A stretch of 64,000 bases of DNA from an uncultured Candidatus Melainabacteria bacterium (GTDB taxonomy: Bacteria; Cyanobacteriota; Vampirovibrionia; Gastranaerophilales; Gastranaerophilaceae), in the NCBI GenBank assembly GCA_934692295.1, contig CAKUTL010000003.1, forward strand, positions 8,031 through 72,030, given 5' to 3'. Both the position numbers and the translations under genes were made by a program. How positions within the stretch are numbered: position 1 is the stretch's first letter; each line of letters begins with the position of its first letter. A model generated the notes under the pieces. That model was not told the DNA's origin and did no database searches. It worked only from the letters and a program-made list of their open reading frames with translations. Positions 19,301 through 27,607 of this stretch are shown here, piece by piece.

Positions 19301-19532
19301 CGCAAACCCTTACAGCCCAAGGATGTCAAGAGTCAAACTCCCCCAAGTGGCTAGTCGTATTTTTACCTACGTAAAAATACGGATGTTTACAAAATCTTAA
19401 ATCATATGGTATATTAGAAACATCGGTTAAGGCTCACACCCGAGAGAAATAAAAACTCTTAAAAGTCGTTGACTTTTCGATGGTAAAGCTGTTTGCTGAT
19501 AGTGTGGTCGTTTTTGCATCCTAAAATTTGGT

Positions 19533-20399
19533 TTGGCAAAAATATTTTTTACACGTTTTGTAAAAAGTATGCTCATCTCAAATTTTAGTAACTCGCAAAA
19601 TCTATCGTTCCAAGCTAATTTGAATTCAAAAAAATTGAATTTTAAAAATGCAGACTTCTGGGTTAATATCAGAGGTTATAGCAAAAACAGAATTTGGGCA
19701 CACAGTGTCAAAAACACTGCCGATACTGCAGTTAGCTTAATACGAAAAGATACATCTTGTGAAAACATCTTGCGTTTTATTACCGCAGGAATTACAAAAG
19801 CGAATAAGTTCACTTTAGACTTGACTAAACGGGAACACACCGGAATTTTGCGTGCCAGTCGTGAAGGCTGGAGAAGTGGTTCCGATTGGGACAAATATGA
19901 TATGCTTGCAACTGATTATTCCATAAAAAAATCCGCTTATAAGTCTTATGAATTAAGATTGGATAAATGTATAGATAAGCCCGTAGGCAATCCTTATCCA
20001 TATATAAGTCTTACAAGACCAGTCTGTGGCTCTGGCACGAATTTTCTCCGCCATGGAGATAAAAATGGTGTAAATGCCGCTCTTAATAAAGTTGACGAAT
20101 TGTATAAAAATCATATCGCCAAATATACTAAAATCGATGTTCAACCAGAACACTTAAAAGATATAAATGAAAATATTGCTGAAATTCGTTGGATTTTAGC
20201 TCATTCAACTCCTTGGGAGCGTGGAAGTGATTCGATTGCAAATGTCTTTATTCGTGCAATTTATAAAGCCCTTGGGATAAAAACATACCCATTAGCAAAA
20301 GGTGTTTCACTCGATTTAGAGGCTTATTGCACTGAGTTAGACAGGTATAAGAAAAAATTCCCTACCTATTTTGAAAAACCACCGGAAGTTATTTTATAA
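19533..20399 (+). CDS. hypothetical protein (orphan), start uncertain (TTG 19533 or ATG 19569)
   Basis: 288 aa, no signal peptide. C-terminal AHSTPWERGSDSIANVFIRAIYKALGIKTYP segment. The 3' end overlaps the pdxA 3' end by 6 nt. Confidence 0.55.
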   Translation: MAKIFFTRFVKSMLISNFSNSQNLSFQANLNSKKLNFKNADFWVNIRGYSKNRIWAHSVKNTADTAVSLIRKDTSCENILRFITAGITKANKFTLDLTKREHTGILRASREGWRSGSDWDKYDMLATDYSIKKSAYKSYELRLDKCIDKPVGNPYPYISLTRPVCGSGTNFLRHGDKNGVNAALNKVDELYKNHIAKYTKIDVQPEHLKDINENIAEIRWILAHSTPWERGSDSIANVFIRAIYKALGIKTYPLAKGVSLDLEAYCTELDRYKKKFPTYFEKPPEVIL

Positions 20400-21311
20400 A
20401 ACTTCTCGAATTGCTGCAATCATTCCATTAGGGTCTGCAATATTATTACCGGCAATGTCAAAAGCTGTACCATGTCCCGGAGAAGTTCTGATAATATCTA
20501 AACCAATAGTCATATTGACGGTTTTATCACCTGCAACAGTTTTTATCGGGATAAGCCCTTGATCATGATAATTGGCAATATAACAATCGTAATCATCTTT
20601 TTCGCCTTTGTAGTAATGAACTCCGGCTTTTACAAACAATGTATCCGCAGGTAGCGGCATTGAAATATCGATACCTTGAGCTTGCAATTCTTTAACGGCA
20701 GGGATTAGAATATCTATTTCTTCCCTTCCTAAAATTCCATCTTCTCCAGAGTGAGGATTAAAACCACATAGTGCAAACTTTGGATTTTCTATGCCAAAAT
20801 GAGATTCAAAAGTTTTTACCAAGTTTTGAACTTTCGTTATTACAATTTCTTTGGTTAAATTTATATCTTTCAACGCACAATGTCTGGTCAACAACAAAAC
20901 TCTAAAATTATCTGCAACAAAAAGCATTTCGGCAAGTTGTCCATCATGTGCAAGATATTTTTGCAAAACTTCTGTTTGACCGTTAAACTTATGTCCGGCA
21001 AGATACATTGCATTTTTGGCAACAGGAGCCGTTACAATCGCTTTGGGTTTAATTTCGCAAACTTTCAAAAGAGATTGGAAAGAAAATTCTCCGGCTTCTT
21101 TTGTAATTTTCCCAGCTTTTACGTCTTTTTTATCGAAAGGAATTTCAATTATGTCATACTTTTTATCAAGTTTTCCATAAAAATCCAAAACATCACGATT
21201 AGAAATAAGAATGATTTTATCTTGTGGTAAATCGAGTTCTTTTAGAGCTTTTATGGTAATTTCAGATCCAATTCCATTTGGATCTCCGGTTGTAATTGCG
21301 ATTTTATCCAT
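20394..21311 (-). CDS. pdxA: PdxA-family NAD-dependent 4-phospho-hydroxyacid dehydrogenase
   Basis: 305 aa. N-terminal ITTGDPNGIGSEI and C-terminal TSPGHGTAFDIAG. Confidence 0.85.
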   Translation of the reverse strand: MDKIAITTGDPNGIGSEITIKALKELDLPQDKIILISNRDVLDFYGKLDKKYDIIEIPFDKKDVKAGKITKEAGEFSFQSLLKVCEIKPKAIVTAPVAKNAMYLAGHKFNGQTEVLQKYLAHDGQLAEMLFVADNFRVLLLTRHCALKDINLTKEIVITKVQNLVKTFESHFGIENPKFALCGFNPHSGEDGILGREEIDILIPAVKELQAQGIDISMPLPADTLFVKAGVHYYKGEKDDYDCYIANYHDQGLIPIKTVAGDKTVNMTIGLDIIRTSPGHGTAFDIAGNNIADPNGMIAAIREVL

Positions 21312-21314
21312 AAT

Positions 21315-22634
21315 TTACTCTTCGTGTTTTTCAAAATATCTTAAAATTTCAATAAGAGTGTTAACTCCACCCAAATTTCCGGATTTTGTAACAATCCATT
21401 GGTCTGAATTTACACTTCTGCCAAGAGCAATTGCAGGCAAAACTTCATCAACAAGTTTTAGTTGATTAGCACCAATTGCGTTACAACATTTGTAAGACGT
21501 TTCACCACCAAGTGTAACAAGAATAGCCTTTTTCTTTTCCAAAACTTGTTTTGCTAAATCTGAAAGGAAATCAGTAATAACATTTGCAAGACCGGATTTT
21601 GTTAAATCGGCTTTGATTGTATCTTCCGAAAAGCCATCAAAATTTTTGAGTAATTTTGAAGTATGAACCAACACAATATTGTTACTTCCTAGATTTGAAA
21701 CAATTCTATCAACTAAACTCTCTTCAACTCCGGAAAGAACAGTGTTCATATTGAGTTCAATAATCAAACAGTTTTCTTCATAGTTTTCATTTTGTTCAAG
21801 TTTTTCGATTTGGTTTGCAGTAATGTGAGTTGCACTTCCGGAAACAATAAATTTTGGTAAGGTTGGAAGTTTTACAGGAAGAACTTCTTCTTCCTCATCT
21901 TGTGGAAACCATTCGTTACTTAGAACTTTTGCAGCTGCGGCTGTTCCAACAGGCAAAATTTTATAATTAGATTTTTGCATAGCAAGCACGATTTGTTCCA
22001 AATCGGTTGTAGAAGTAGAATCCGCGATAATAATTTTTTTACCTTTTGAAATTAAATCATTCAAAGTCATCAAAATTGGACCTGCACCGTCTAAAATGGT
22101 TTTCAATCCTATTTCTCCGACTAAATCTACCAAATTTTCTCCAAGTTGAGCCTTCAACATTGTTGGAAGGTGAGATTCAGTAATTGGCGAATGTGGATCT
22201 CTTGCCATTTCGGTTCTTTCAATTGGAACACCTTTTAACAAGTGGTATCCGCCAACAGTTATTCTTCCTTCTTGAGGAAAAGCAGGCATTACAATCGCAG
22301 CATCCCATTCCAAAACTTGAAGCAAAGACAAAACTTCAACCGCAATATTTCCTCTTACTGTTGAGTCGATTTTTTTATAGAAGAAATCCGGATTGATTTC
22401 ATTCACAAACAGTTGAGCGGCATTCTTAACTTTCTCAAATGCTTCTTGAGGTGAAACATTTCTTGACTCAGTCGAAATCGCCCATGCTTGAGATGGATTA
22501 GTTTGTGTCTTTTGAATTTCGTTATTCAGTAAAATGTTTGTATCAGCACCATTCAATTCAAACTGTAGAGCTGTATCGTTTGCCCCAGTCAAATCGTCCG
22601 CAATGATGCCGACAGTGTTAGAATTTATAATCAT
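21315..22634 (-). CDS. four-carbon acid sugar kinase (DUF1537 family)
   Basis: 439 aa. N-terminal IIADDLTGANDTALQF motif. Ends 3 nt upstream of pdxA. Confidence 0.8.
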   Translation of the reverse strand: MIINSNTVGIIADDLTGANDTALQFELNGADTNILLNNEIQKTQTNPSQAWAISTESRNVSPQEAFEKVKNAAQLFVNEINPDFFYKKIDSTVRGNIAVEVLSLLQVLEWDAAIVMPAFPQEGRITVGGYHLLKGVPIERTEMARDPHSPITESHLPTMLKAQLGENLVDLVGEIGLKTILDGAGPILMTLNDLISKGKKIIIADSTSTTDLEQIVLAMQKSNYKILPVGTAAAAKVLSNEWFPQDEEEEVLPVKLPTLPKFIVSGSATHITANQIEKLEQNENYEENCLIIELNMNTVLSGVEESLVDRIVSNLGSNNIVLVHTSKLLKNFDGFSEDTIKADLTKSGLANVITDFLSDLAKQVLEKKKAILVTLGGETSYKCCNAIGANQLKLVDEVLPAIALGRSVNSDQWIVTKSGNLGGVNTLIEILRYFEKHEE

Positions 22635-22987
22635 AATACAGCTTCTGTTTCAGCGTCCCTTTTTGAACCTAATAATCTAATGTTGTTTGCAATAACATAG
22701 AAAGATTCTCTTTCGTTGTTAGTTTGTTTATCAACCCAACGTCTGTTTGCAATTCTACCATCGATAGCAACAAGTCTTCCTTTTTTAATATATTCTGCTG
22801 CAAATTCAGCTTGTTTATCCCAAACTTCAATATTAAACCAATCAGTAACTTCTGATTTAGTTTTGGTATCCCATCTGTTTACTGCAACAGAAAAAGAAGC
22901 CTTTGTCTTGCCTGAATCGTAAGCATTAAAGTTTTCAGAAGCATCTCTTCCAACTCTGCCAACAACAACTACTGTATTCATATCCAT
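22631..22987 (-). CDS. ssb: single-stranded DNA-binding protein, short form without acidic C-terminal tip
   Basis: 118 aa. OB-fold pattern VVVVGRVGRD...TDWFNIEVWDKQAE...GRLVAIDGRI. Ends ...AETEAVL. Confidence 0.75.
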   Translation of the reverse strand: MDMNTVVVVGRVGRDASENFNAYDSGKTKASFSVAVNRWDTKTKSEVTDWFNIEVWDKQAEFAAEYIKKGRLVAIDGRIANRRWVDKQTNNERESFYVIANNIRLLGSKRDAETEAVL

Positions 22988-23075
22988 ATCCTTTCAGTTT
23001 TCAATTTTATACATGGCATTATATATCAAATGTCAAAATATAACAAATTTACTGTAACAAAATAATATATTGCAT

Positions 23076-23846
23076 TTAAGCGATATAAAAAAGCAAATTG
23101 ATTAAAAAATCTGCAACTAACATATAGATAGTTGAAAGGATTGCTGCTTGAGTTGTTGAAGTCCCGACTTCTTTTGCTCCGCCCCTTGTTTCATAACCTT
23201 TTGAGGCACAAACTAATGCAATTAGTCCGCCAAAAATACATGCCTTGAGCAAGCTGATATAAATATCTTTTGTTGCCATCCATGCCCAAGCAGATGCCAT
23301 ATATCTTGCTGGGTGAAGATTGATTGTTTCAAGAGAAACAAACATTCCGCCTAAAATCCCGACAAATTCAGCAATTAAAACAACCATTGGAACTGTAATT
23401 GCGGCTGATATAATTCTAGGGGCAAAATAATAACCGACAGGGCTGATTTTTAAAGTCTTGATTGCATCAACTTGTGATGTAACTTGCATATTAGCAATTT
23501 CAGCGGATATTGCAGTTCCCGCTCTGGCACCAATAGCCAAAGCAACAAATCCAGGAGCAATTTCACGAATCATAACAACGGCAATAGTACCGCCAATGTA
23601 CGCTTCTGCACCGGTCATCAAAAATTCTTTAGAAACTTGAATTGCAATAACAGCGGCTGAAATAAATGCAATAACTAAAGAGATTGGTAAAGAGTCATAA
23701 CTTATTGCTGCAGCTTGCGAAATAACTGTTCTAAGCCTTACATTCCCGCTAAAAATGTACGTAATACATTCTATTAAATTTTGGACACAAGCACCAAGAA
23801 ATCTAATCAAGTTCTTACCCTTTCTTTTATGAAAATATTGTATCAT
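23076..23846 (-). CDS. mlaE: MlaE-family ABC transporter permease
   Basis: 256 aa. IREIAPGFVALAIGARAGTAISAEIANMQVTSQVDAIKTL is typical of MlaE/Ttg2B. Confidence 0.85.
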   Translation of the reverse strand: MIQYFHKRKGKNLIRFLGACVQNLIECITYIFSGNVRLRTVISQAAAISYDSLPISLVIAFISAAVIAIQVSKEFLMTGAEAYIGGTIAVVMIREIAPGFVALAIGARAGTAISAEIANMQVTSQVDAIKTLKISPVGYYFAPRIISAAITVPMVVLIAEFVGILGGMFVSLETINLHPARYMASAWAWMATKDIYISLLKACIFGGLIALVCASKGYETRGGAKEVGTSTTQAAILSTIYMLVADFLINLLFYIA

Positions 23847-23867
23847 AAAAAGTTAAAAGTCTATAAG

Positions 23868-23941
23868 TTGATAAGTCTTACGGGATAAAGGCAATAAGGA
23901 ACAGGGGAATAAGTTCGAAATAGGCACTAAGGCACTAGGTC
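23868..23941. repeat. dispersed repeat family C, second locus
   Basis: ACAGGGGAATAAGTTCGAAATAGGCACTAAGGCACTAGGTC shares AGGGGAATAAG, ATAAGTTCG and GGCACTAAGG with 19183-19232. Confidence 0.7.
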
Positions 23942-23950
23942 TTTATGTTT

Positions 23951-23998
23951 GTCATTCTTGTATATGTCAAGTAATTCGTTGACATATACAAGAATGAC
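23951..23998. repeat. perfect 20-bp inverted repeat with an 8-nt loop
   Basis: GTCATTCTTGTATATGTCAA-GTAATTCG-TTGACATATACAAGAATGAC. The arms begin with the GTCATTCT core of repeat family A. Confidence 0.9.
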
Positions 23999-24035
23999 GT
24001 AAAATAAAAAGTGAACAACGGAATTTACAAAACCT

Positions 24036-24072
24036 AATTAAAAAATTCCCTCTCCATTTGTTGGAGAGGGAA
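24036..24072 (-). terminator. rho-independent terminator of the dnaJ-like gene
   Basis: TTCCCTCTCCA-TTTGT-TGGAGAGGGAA with a T6 run on the minus strand. Confidence 0.75.
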
Positions 24073-24080
24073 TAATAACA

Positions 24081-25160
24081 TTATCCTTGCAATTGTTTAT
24101 ACAAATCAATTTGCTTTTGGGTTAATTTTGCAGGTAATACGATTTTTATTTTTGCATTCAAATTACCGTATCCTCCGGCTTTTTTAGGTAATCCTAAGTT
24201 TTTAAGTCTTAGCATTTTCCCGCTTGAAGTCATTGGAGGTATTTTTATACCAATATTTCCGTGTAAGGTTTGGATTTCTTTTTGACAACCTAAAACGGCT
24301 TCCGGCGGAGTAATTTCGATTTCTTTAGTCAAATCAGAACCTTTAATTTCGTATTCAGAATCTTTTGGAGAAATTATCAAATACAAATCACCTTTTTGAC
24401 CATAAACATCTGCTTTGCCTTCGCCTTTAAGTCTTACTTTTTGCCCTTCTTTTATTTCTTTTGGAAGTCTTACTTTTATAGATTTTGTTTCATTAATAAT
24501 CCCTGTACTTCCGCAAGCAGAACAATAACCACCATTTGGAGGGCATTGAGTGCATTTTCTCATATCATTGAATTTTACGGTGATAGGTTCGGATGAGAAC
24601 AAATCCTTTGCGGTTACATTCAAAGTTTTTGTTATATCCAAGTCTTCTTTAGGTGTGCTTTGAGTTCTTGTTCTGGAACCTCTTGAGCCTGTACTTCCGT
24701 AACTTCTTCTTGTATAACCTTGTTGAGCTGCACCCAAGTCGCCAAAGTCAAAACCGGAGAATCCTCCTCTTGCACCTCCAGCAGCAGCACCACCCATCAT
24801 ATCGCCAAACAATGAGCTAAAAAAATCAGAGAATCCGCCCATATCTTGACCATTGAAGTTAAATTGTTGATAAGCTCCACCTTGACCACCGCCAAAGTTA
24901 AAGTTTTCAAATCCGGGAGGTGGAGTATAATCTGCTCCGCCTTGCCAATTTGCACCTAAGCTATCATATCTTTGACGTTTTTGTTTATCGCCAAGAACTT
25001 CATAGGCTTCGTTTATCTCTTTAAATTTTTCTTCTGCTTCTTTTGTTTTATTTACATCCGGGTGATATTTACGAGCAAGTTTTCTGTATGCAGATTTTAT
25101 TTCTGCTTCGGTAGCTTCTCTTTTTACTCCCAGAGTTTCGTAGTAATCTTTATATTTCAT
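24081..25160 (-). CDS. CbpA/DnaJ-like J-domain co-chaperone
   Basis: J domain DYYETLGV...KYHPDVN, a G/F-rich linker, one CxxC...CxxCxG unit and a C-terminal substrate-binding region. Start set to ATG 25160, 8 nt after AGGAG. Confidence 0.85.
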   Translation of the reverse strand: MKYKDYYETLGVKREATEAEIKSAYRKLARKYHPDVNKTKEAEEKFKEINEAYEVLGDKQKRQRYDSLGANWQGGADYTPPPGFENFNFGGGQGGAYQQFNFNGQDMGGFSDFFSSLFGDMMGGAAAGGARGGFSGFDFGDLGAAQQGYTRRSYGSTGSRGSRTRTQSTPKEDLDITKTLNVTAKDLFSSEPITVKFNDMRKCTQCPPNGGYCSACGSTGIINETKSIKVRLPKEIKEGQKVRLKGEGKADVYGQKGDLYLIISPKDSEYEIKGSDLTKEIEITPPEAVLGCQKEIQTLHGNIGIKIPPMTSSGKMLRLKNLGLPKKAGGYGNLNAKIKIVLPAKLTQKQIDLYKQLQG

Positions 25161-25164
25161 AATC

Positions 25165-25203
25165 AAATCTCCTATTATAATGATAATATAAAATAGGAGA
25201 TTT
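25165..25203 (-). promoter_or_regulatory. 12-bp hairpin that base-pairs the SD of the dnaJ-like gene
   Basis: mRNA AAAUCUCCUAUU-15 nt loop-AAUAGGAGAUUU-GAUU-AUG. The 3' arm contains the AGGAG SD. 9 A-U and 3 G-C pairs. Confidence 0.5.
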
Positions 25204-25236
25204 TTCGTTATTTTTAATTATTTTTTAATGATATTT

Positions 25237-25641
25237 TTATAATGATTTAAGTTTATCACTCATTTCTGAAATATCTTTTGACAAATTCTTTATGAAATTC
25301 TTATCTTCCAAGGCTTTCAATATTTCAGCTTTGTTACCCATTGCAATAGGTCTTTTGTTCTCAATCATCATAGCCGGATGAAGCATGGCAACTTCTAAAA
25401 GATGACTTGCTTTGTTCTTTTCGTCTTGGGAAATTGACAAAACTAAAGAACGGCAATATAAATTTTTATCTGTATTCTGCATAGGAACATTTATTTCCCG
25501 ATAATAAGAGTTATCAAGGATTTCTCTTCCTGCACGATCTTTAATTGTCTTGACCAAAATTTCTAACTTTTCTTGAAAATTCACTGGTTTAAGCCTTATT
25601 ATTTTTGCTTTATTTGTTTTTATATTCAGTAATTTTATCAT
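25237..25641 (-). CDS. hypothetical protein, 16 nt downstream of the RelA/SpoT-like gene
   Basis: 134-aa ORF with no recognised motif. Tight linkage suggests co-transcription. Confidence 0.55.
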   Translation of the reverse strand: MIKLLNIKTNKAKIIRLKPVNFQEKLEILVKTIKDRAGREILDNSYYREINVPMQNTDKNLYCRSLVLSISQDEKNKASHLLEVAMLHPAMMIENKRPIAMGNKAEILKALEDKNFIKNLSKDISEMSDKLKSL

Positions 25642-25657
25642 ATTTTTCCTTATTCGT

Positions 25658-27112
25658 CTATCCTACATATGCAATATTTAAAGGTTCTAAATGAGGTACA
25701 AAATTTACCATTTTTGCTTTTTGGTCTGCAACATCAGCTTCGTGGATTTCTCGCATATAATCTTTAGACAATTTTGGATTAAATCCATTTGGAAGTTTTG
25801 GTTGAGATGTTTTAACACCAAGTTCTCCATCTCGGTAGTAATCATAAACCTTTGAACCGTATTTGTCATATTGTTTTGCTTCTTCCGGAGCTAAACCTTT
25901 CAATGCGGATACGTATTCTTGGCTTGCGGGAGTTAGTGTTAATTTTTCTTGAAGTGCATCATATTTTACGTGTTCCCATTCTCCAAACGGACCAGTTCCA
26001 CGAACTTGAATTTCTCCATATGTACCGTCTTTAAATACAACATTAATTTGTCCCGTTGTATATCCCCCTGATTTGATTGCATCTTTAGCGGATTTTGGAA
26101 GATTTTCCAATCCGTATTTTGCAAGGTCTATATTTTCAGAACAACTGATTATATCAAATTTTTCACCTGTTGCAAGTTGAAATCTTTCAAACTGCCTAAT
26201 TTGATTATCTGAAAAATATGCAATACCGTCTTTACCCTTGTAATTGTTTACATCTCCAAGTCGTAGAGGTTCAATATTAGGATTATTTTTCAATTCGTCT
26301 ATCAAATCTTTTCTCATGCCTGATTTTTCAAGTTTTTCAATAGTTGTAACTTTTCTATCCAAAGCATCTTTCATGCCTGATAGAAGGAATTTATTAACAA
26401 CCGGATCAGATTGTTTTTCCGCTAAAGCACATTTGATTGCGTGTGAATATTTATCTGCAACAACTTGTTCTGTAGGAGATAGAGTTTCATTATTAAATAA
26501 TTTTTTAATAATAGATTTTTCCGATTTTGTTAAGGCTTTGCCTTCAAAAGTAAAGTTTTCAATAGTTTCAGCAACATCCTTTTTGGTCAAATTTGGAAGT
26601 TGAATTCTTCCGCCAATAGCATCTTGGATGTATTCTGCAGCTTGTTTATCTGTTGAAACATTTTGATTTAATTTTTTCATCCATTTGCAAACTTTTGAAT
26701 AAACAGAGTTTGCACCTTTTGGACGAACCCCGATTTCAATTCCGGAAAAGACTTTATCCAATTGAGCTTTTGCACTCGGAAGAGCTTTTTCGTAACTTTC
26801 ACTCAAACGGAGAGAAATATTACCAATTTCAGCCTGATGAGTAATATCTCCGGCTTTAATTGCATCTGAAGTAACTTCAAACGCAGGTCTATTTAGGGCT
26901 TGAGTTTGAACATTGACAGGAATTGTAATATCCGGTTTAACCCGATATTTTCTAATACCCGCTTCTGCTAATTTCTCTGCTGTATTTTCAGCTTGTGGTA
27001 ATGATAATAACTTTCCAACTTTTAAATTAGGCTTAGTTATCACTTCTGTAACAGGTTTACTTTCAACAATGGCTTTTGTTGCTCCTTGAAGCATTTTCGA
27101 CAAAATACGCAT
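25658..27112 (-). CDS. RelA/SpoT-homologue-like nucleotidyltransferase (divergent, with an insertion of about 175 aa)
   Basis: 484 aa. VRPKGANSVYSK (R130/K132/S136), DAIGGR (164-169), GGYTTGQ (349-355), GEIQVRG (366-372) and WEHVKYD (379-385) follow the RSH synthetase motif order. Confidence 0.6.
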   Translation of the reverse strand: MRILSKMLQGATKAIVESKPVTEVITKPNLKVGKLLSLPQAENTAEKLAEAGIRKYRVKPDITIPVNVQTQALNRPAFEVTSDAIKAGDITHQAEIGNISLRLSESYEKALPSAKAQLDKVFSGIEIGVRPKGANSVYSKVCKWMKKLNQNVSTDKQAAEYIQDAIGGRIQLPNLTKKDVAETIENFTFEGKALTKSEKSIIKKLFNNETLSPTEQVVADKYSHAIKCALAEKQSDPVVNKFLLSGMKDALDRKVTTIEKLEKSGMRKDLIDELKNNPNIEPLRLGDVNNYKGKDGIAYFSDNQIRQFERFQLATGEKFDIISCSENIDLAKYGLENLPKSAKDAIKSGGYTTGQINVVFKDGTYGEIQVRGTGPFGEWEHVKYDALQEKLTLTPASQEYVSALKGLAPEEAKQYDKYGSKVYDYYRDGELGVKTSQPKLPNGFNPKLSKDYMREIHEADVADQKAKMVNFVPHLEPLNIAYVG

Positions 27113-27143
27113 ATTAATTTCCCTTATTTTATCCCCTATATTG

Positions 27144-27175
27144 TATATAAAGTATTTTTGTTTTCGAAAATTGCC
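27144..27175 (-). promoter_or_regulatory. copy 4 of upstream motif (GGCAATT-N17-TTTATATA on the minus strand)
   Basis: Plus strand reads TATATAAA 27144-27151 and AATTGCC 27169-27175. 31 nt upstream of ATG 27112. Confidence 0.6.
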
Positions 27176-27190
27176 TAAATAAAAGAAAAA

Positions 27191-27211
27191 GGTATTACAA
27201 ATTGTAATACC
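27191..27211 (-). terminator. terminator of the wHTH gene
   Basis: GGTATTAC...GTAATACC palindrome followed on the minus strand by TTTTTCTTTT. Confidence 0.6.
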
Positions 27212-27246
27212 TCTTATATTATTCCATGTGTAAATGTGGTTAAAAA

Positions 27247-27471
27247 CTACTTAAGGCTAACTTTTACAGCAGGTCCTTTTTGAGCGATTTCAACTTTGTT
27301 TTCTCTAGCTAACCAGCCTAAACCTAAATCTGCAAAGTTTCCTTTTAAATCTAATTCTTTTTTCATTTTAGCAAAAGAAGTTGTTCCGTTTTGGTGTAAA
27401 TAGTTATAAATTTCTCCTGCTGAAAATCCGATTTGTTCTTCTAATGTTAAGTTAACTTTTTTTGATGCCAT
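27247..27471 (-). CDS. small winged-helix protein (DUF2582-like)
   Basis: 74 aa from ATG 27471 (AGGAGG SD 8 nt upstream). FSAGEIYNYLHQNG...LGLGWLARENKV pattern. Confidence 0.6.
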   Translation of the reverse strand: MASKKVNLTLEEQIGFSAGEIYNYLHQNGTTSFAKMKKELDLKGNFADLGLGWLARENKVEIAQKGPAVKVSLK

Positions 27472-27607
27472 GATTTCTTCCTCCTGATTTATTGTAGTCA
27501 TCACACTTTTTCGATACATTGATAATAGTTTATTTTAATATTTAAAACATCATTTCAATTACGTAGTTTGGCATATTATTTTATGGTAAAATACTACATA
27601 AGGAGTA

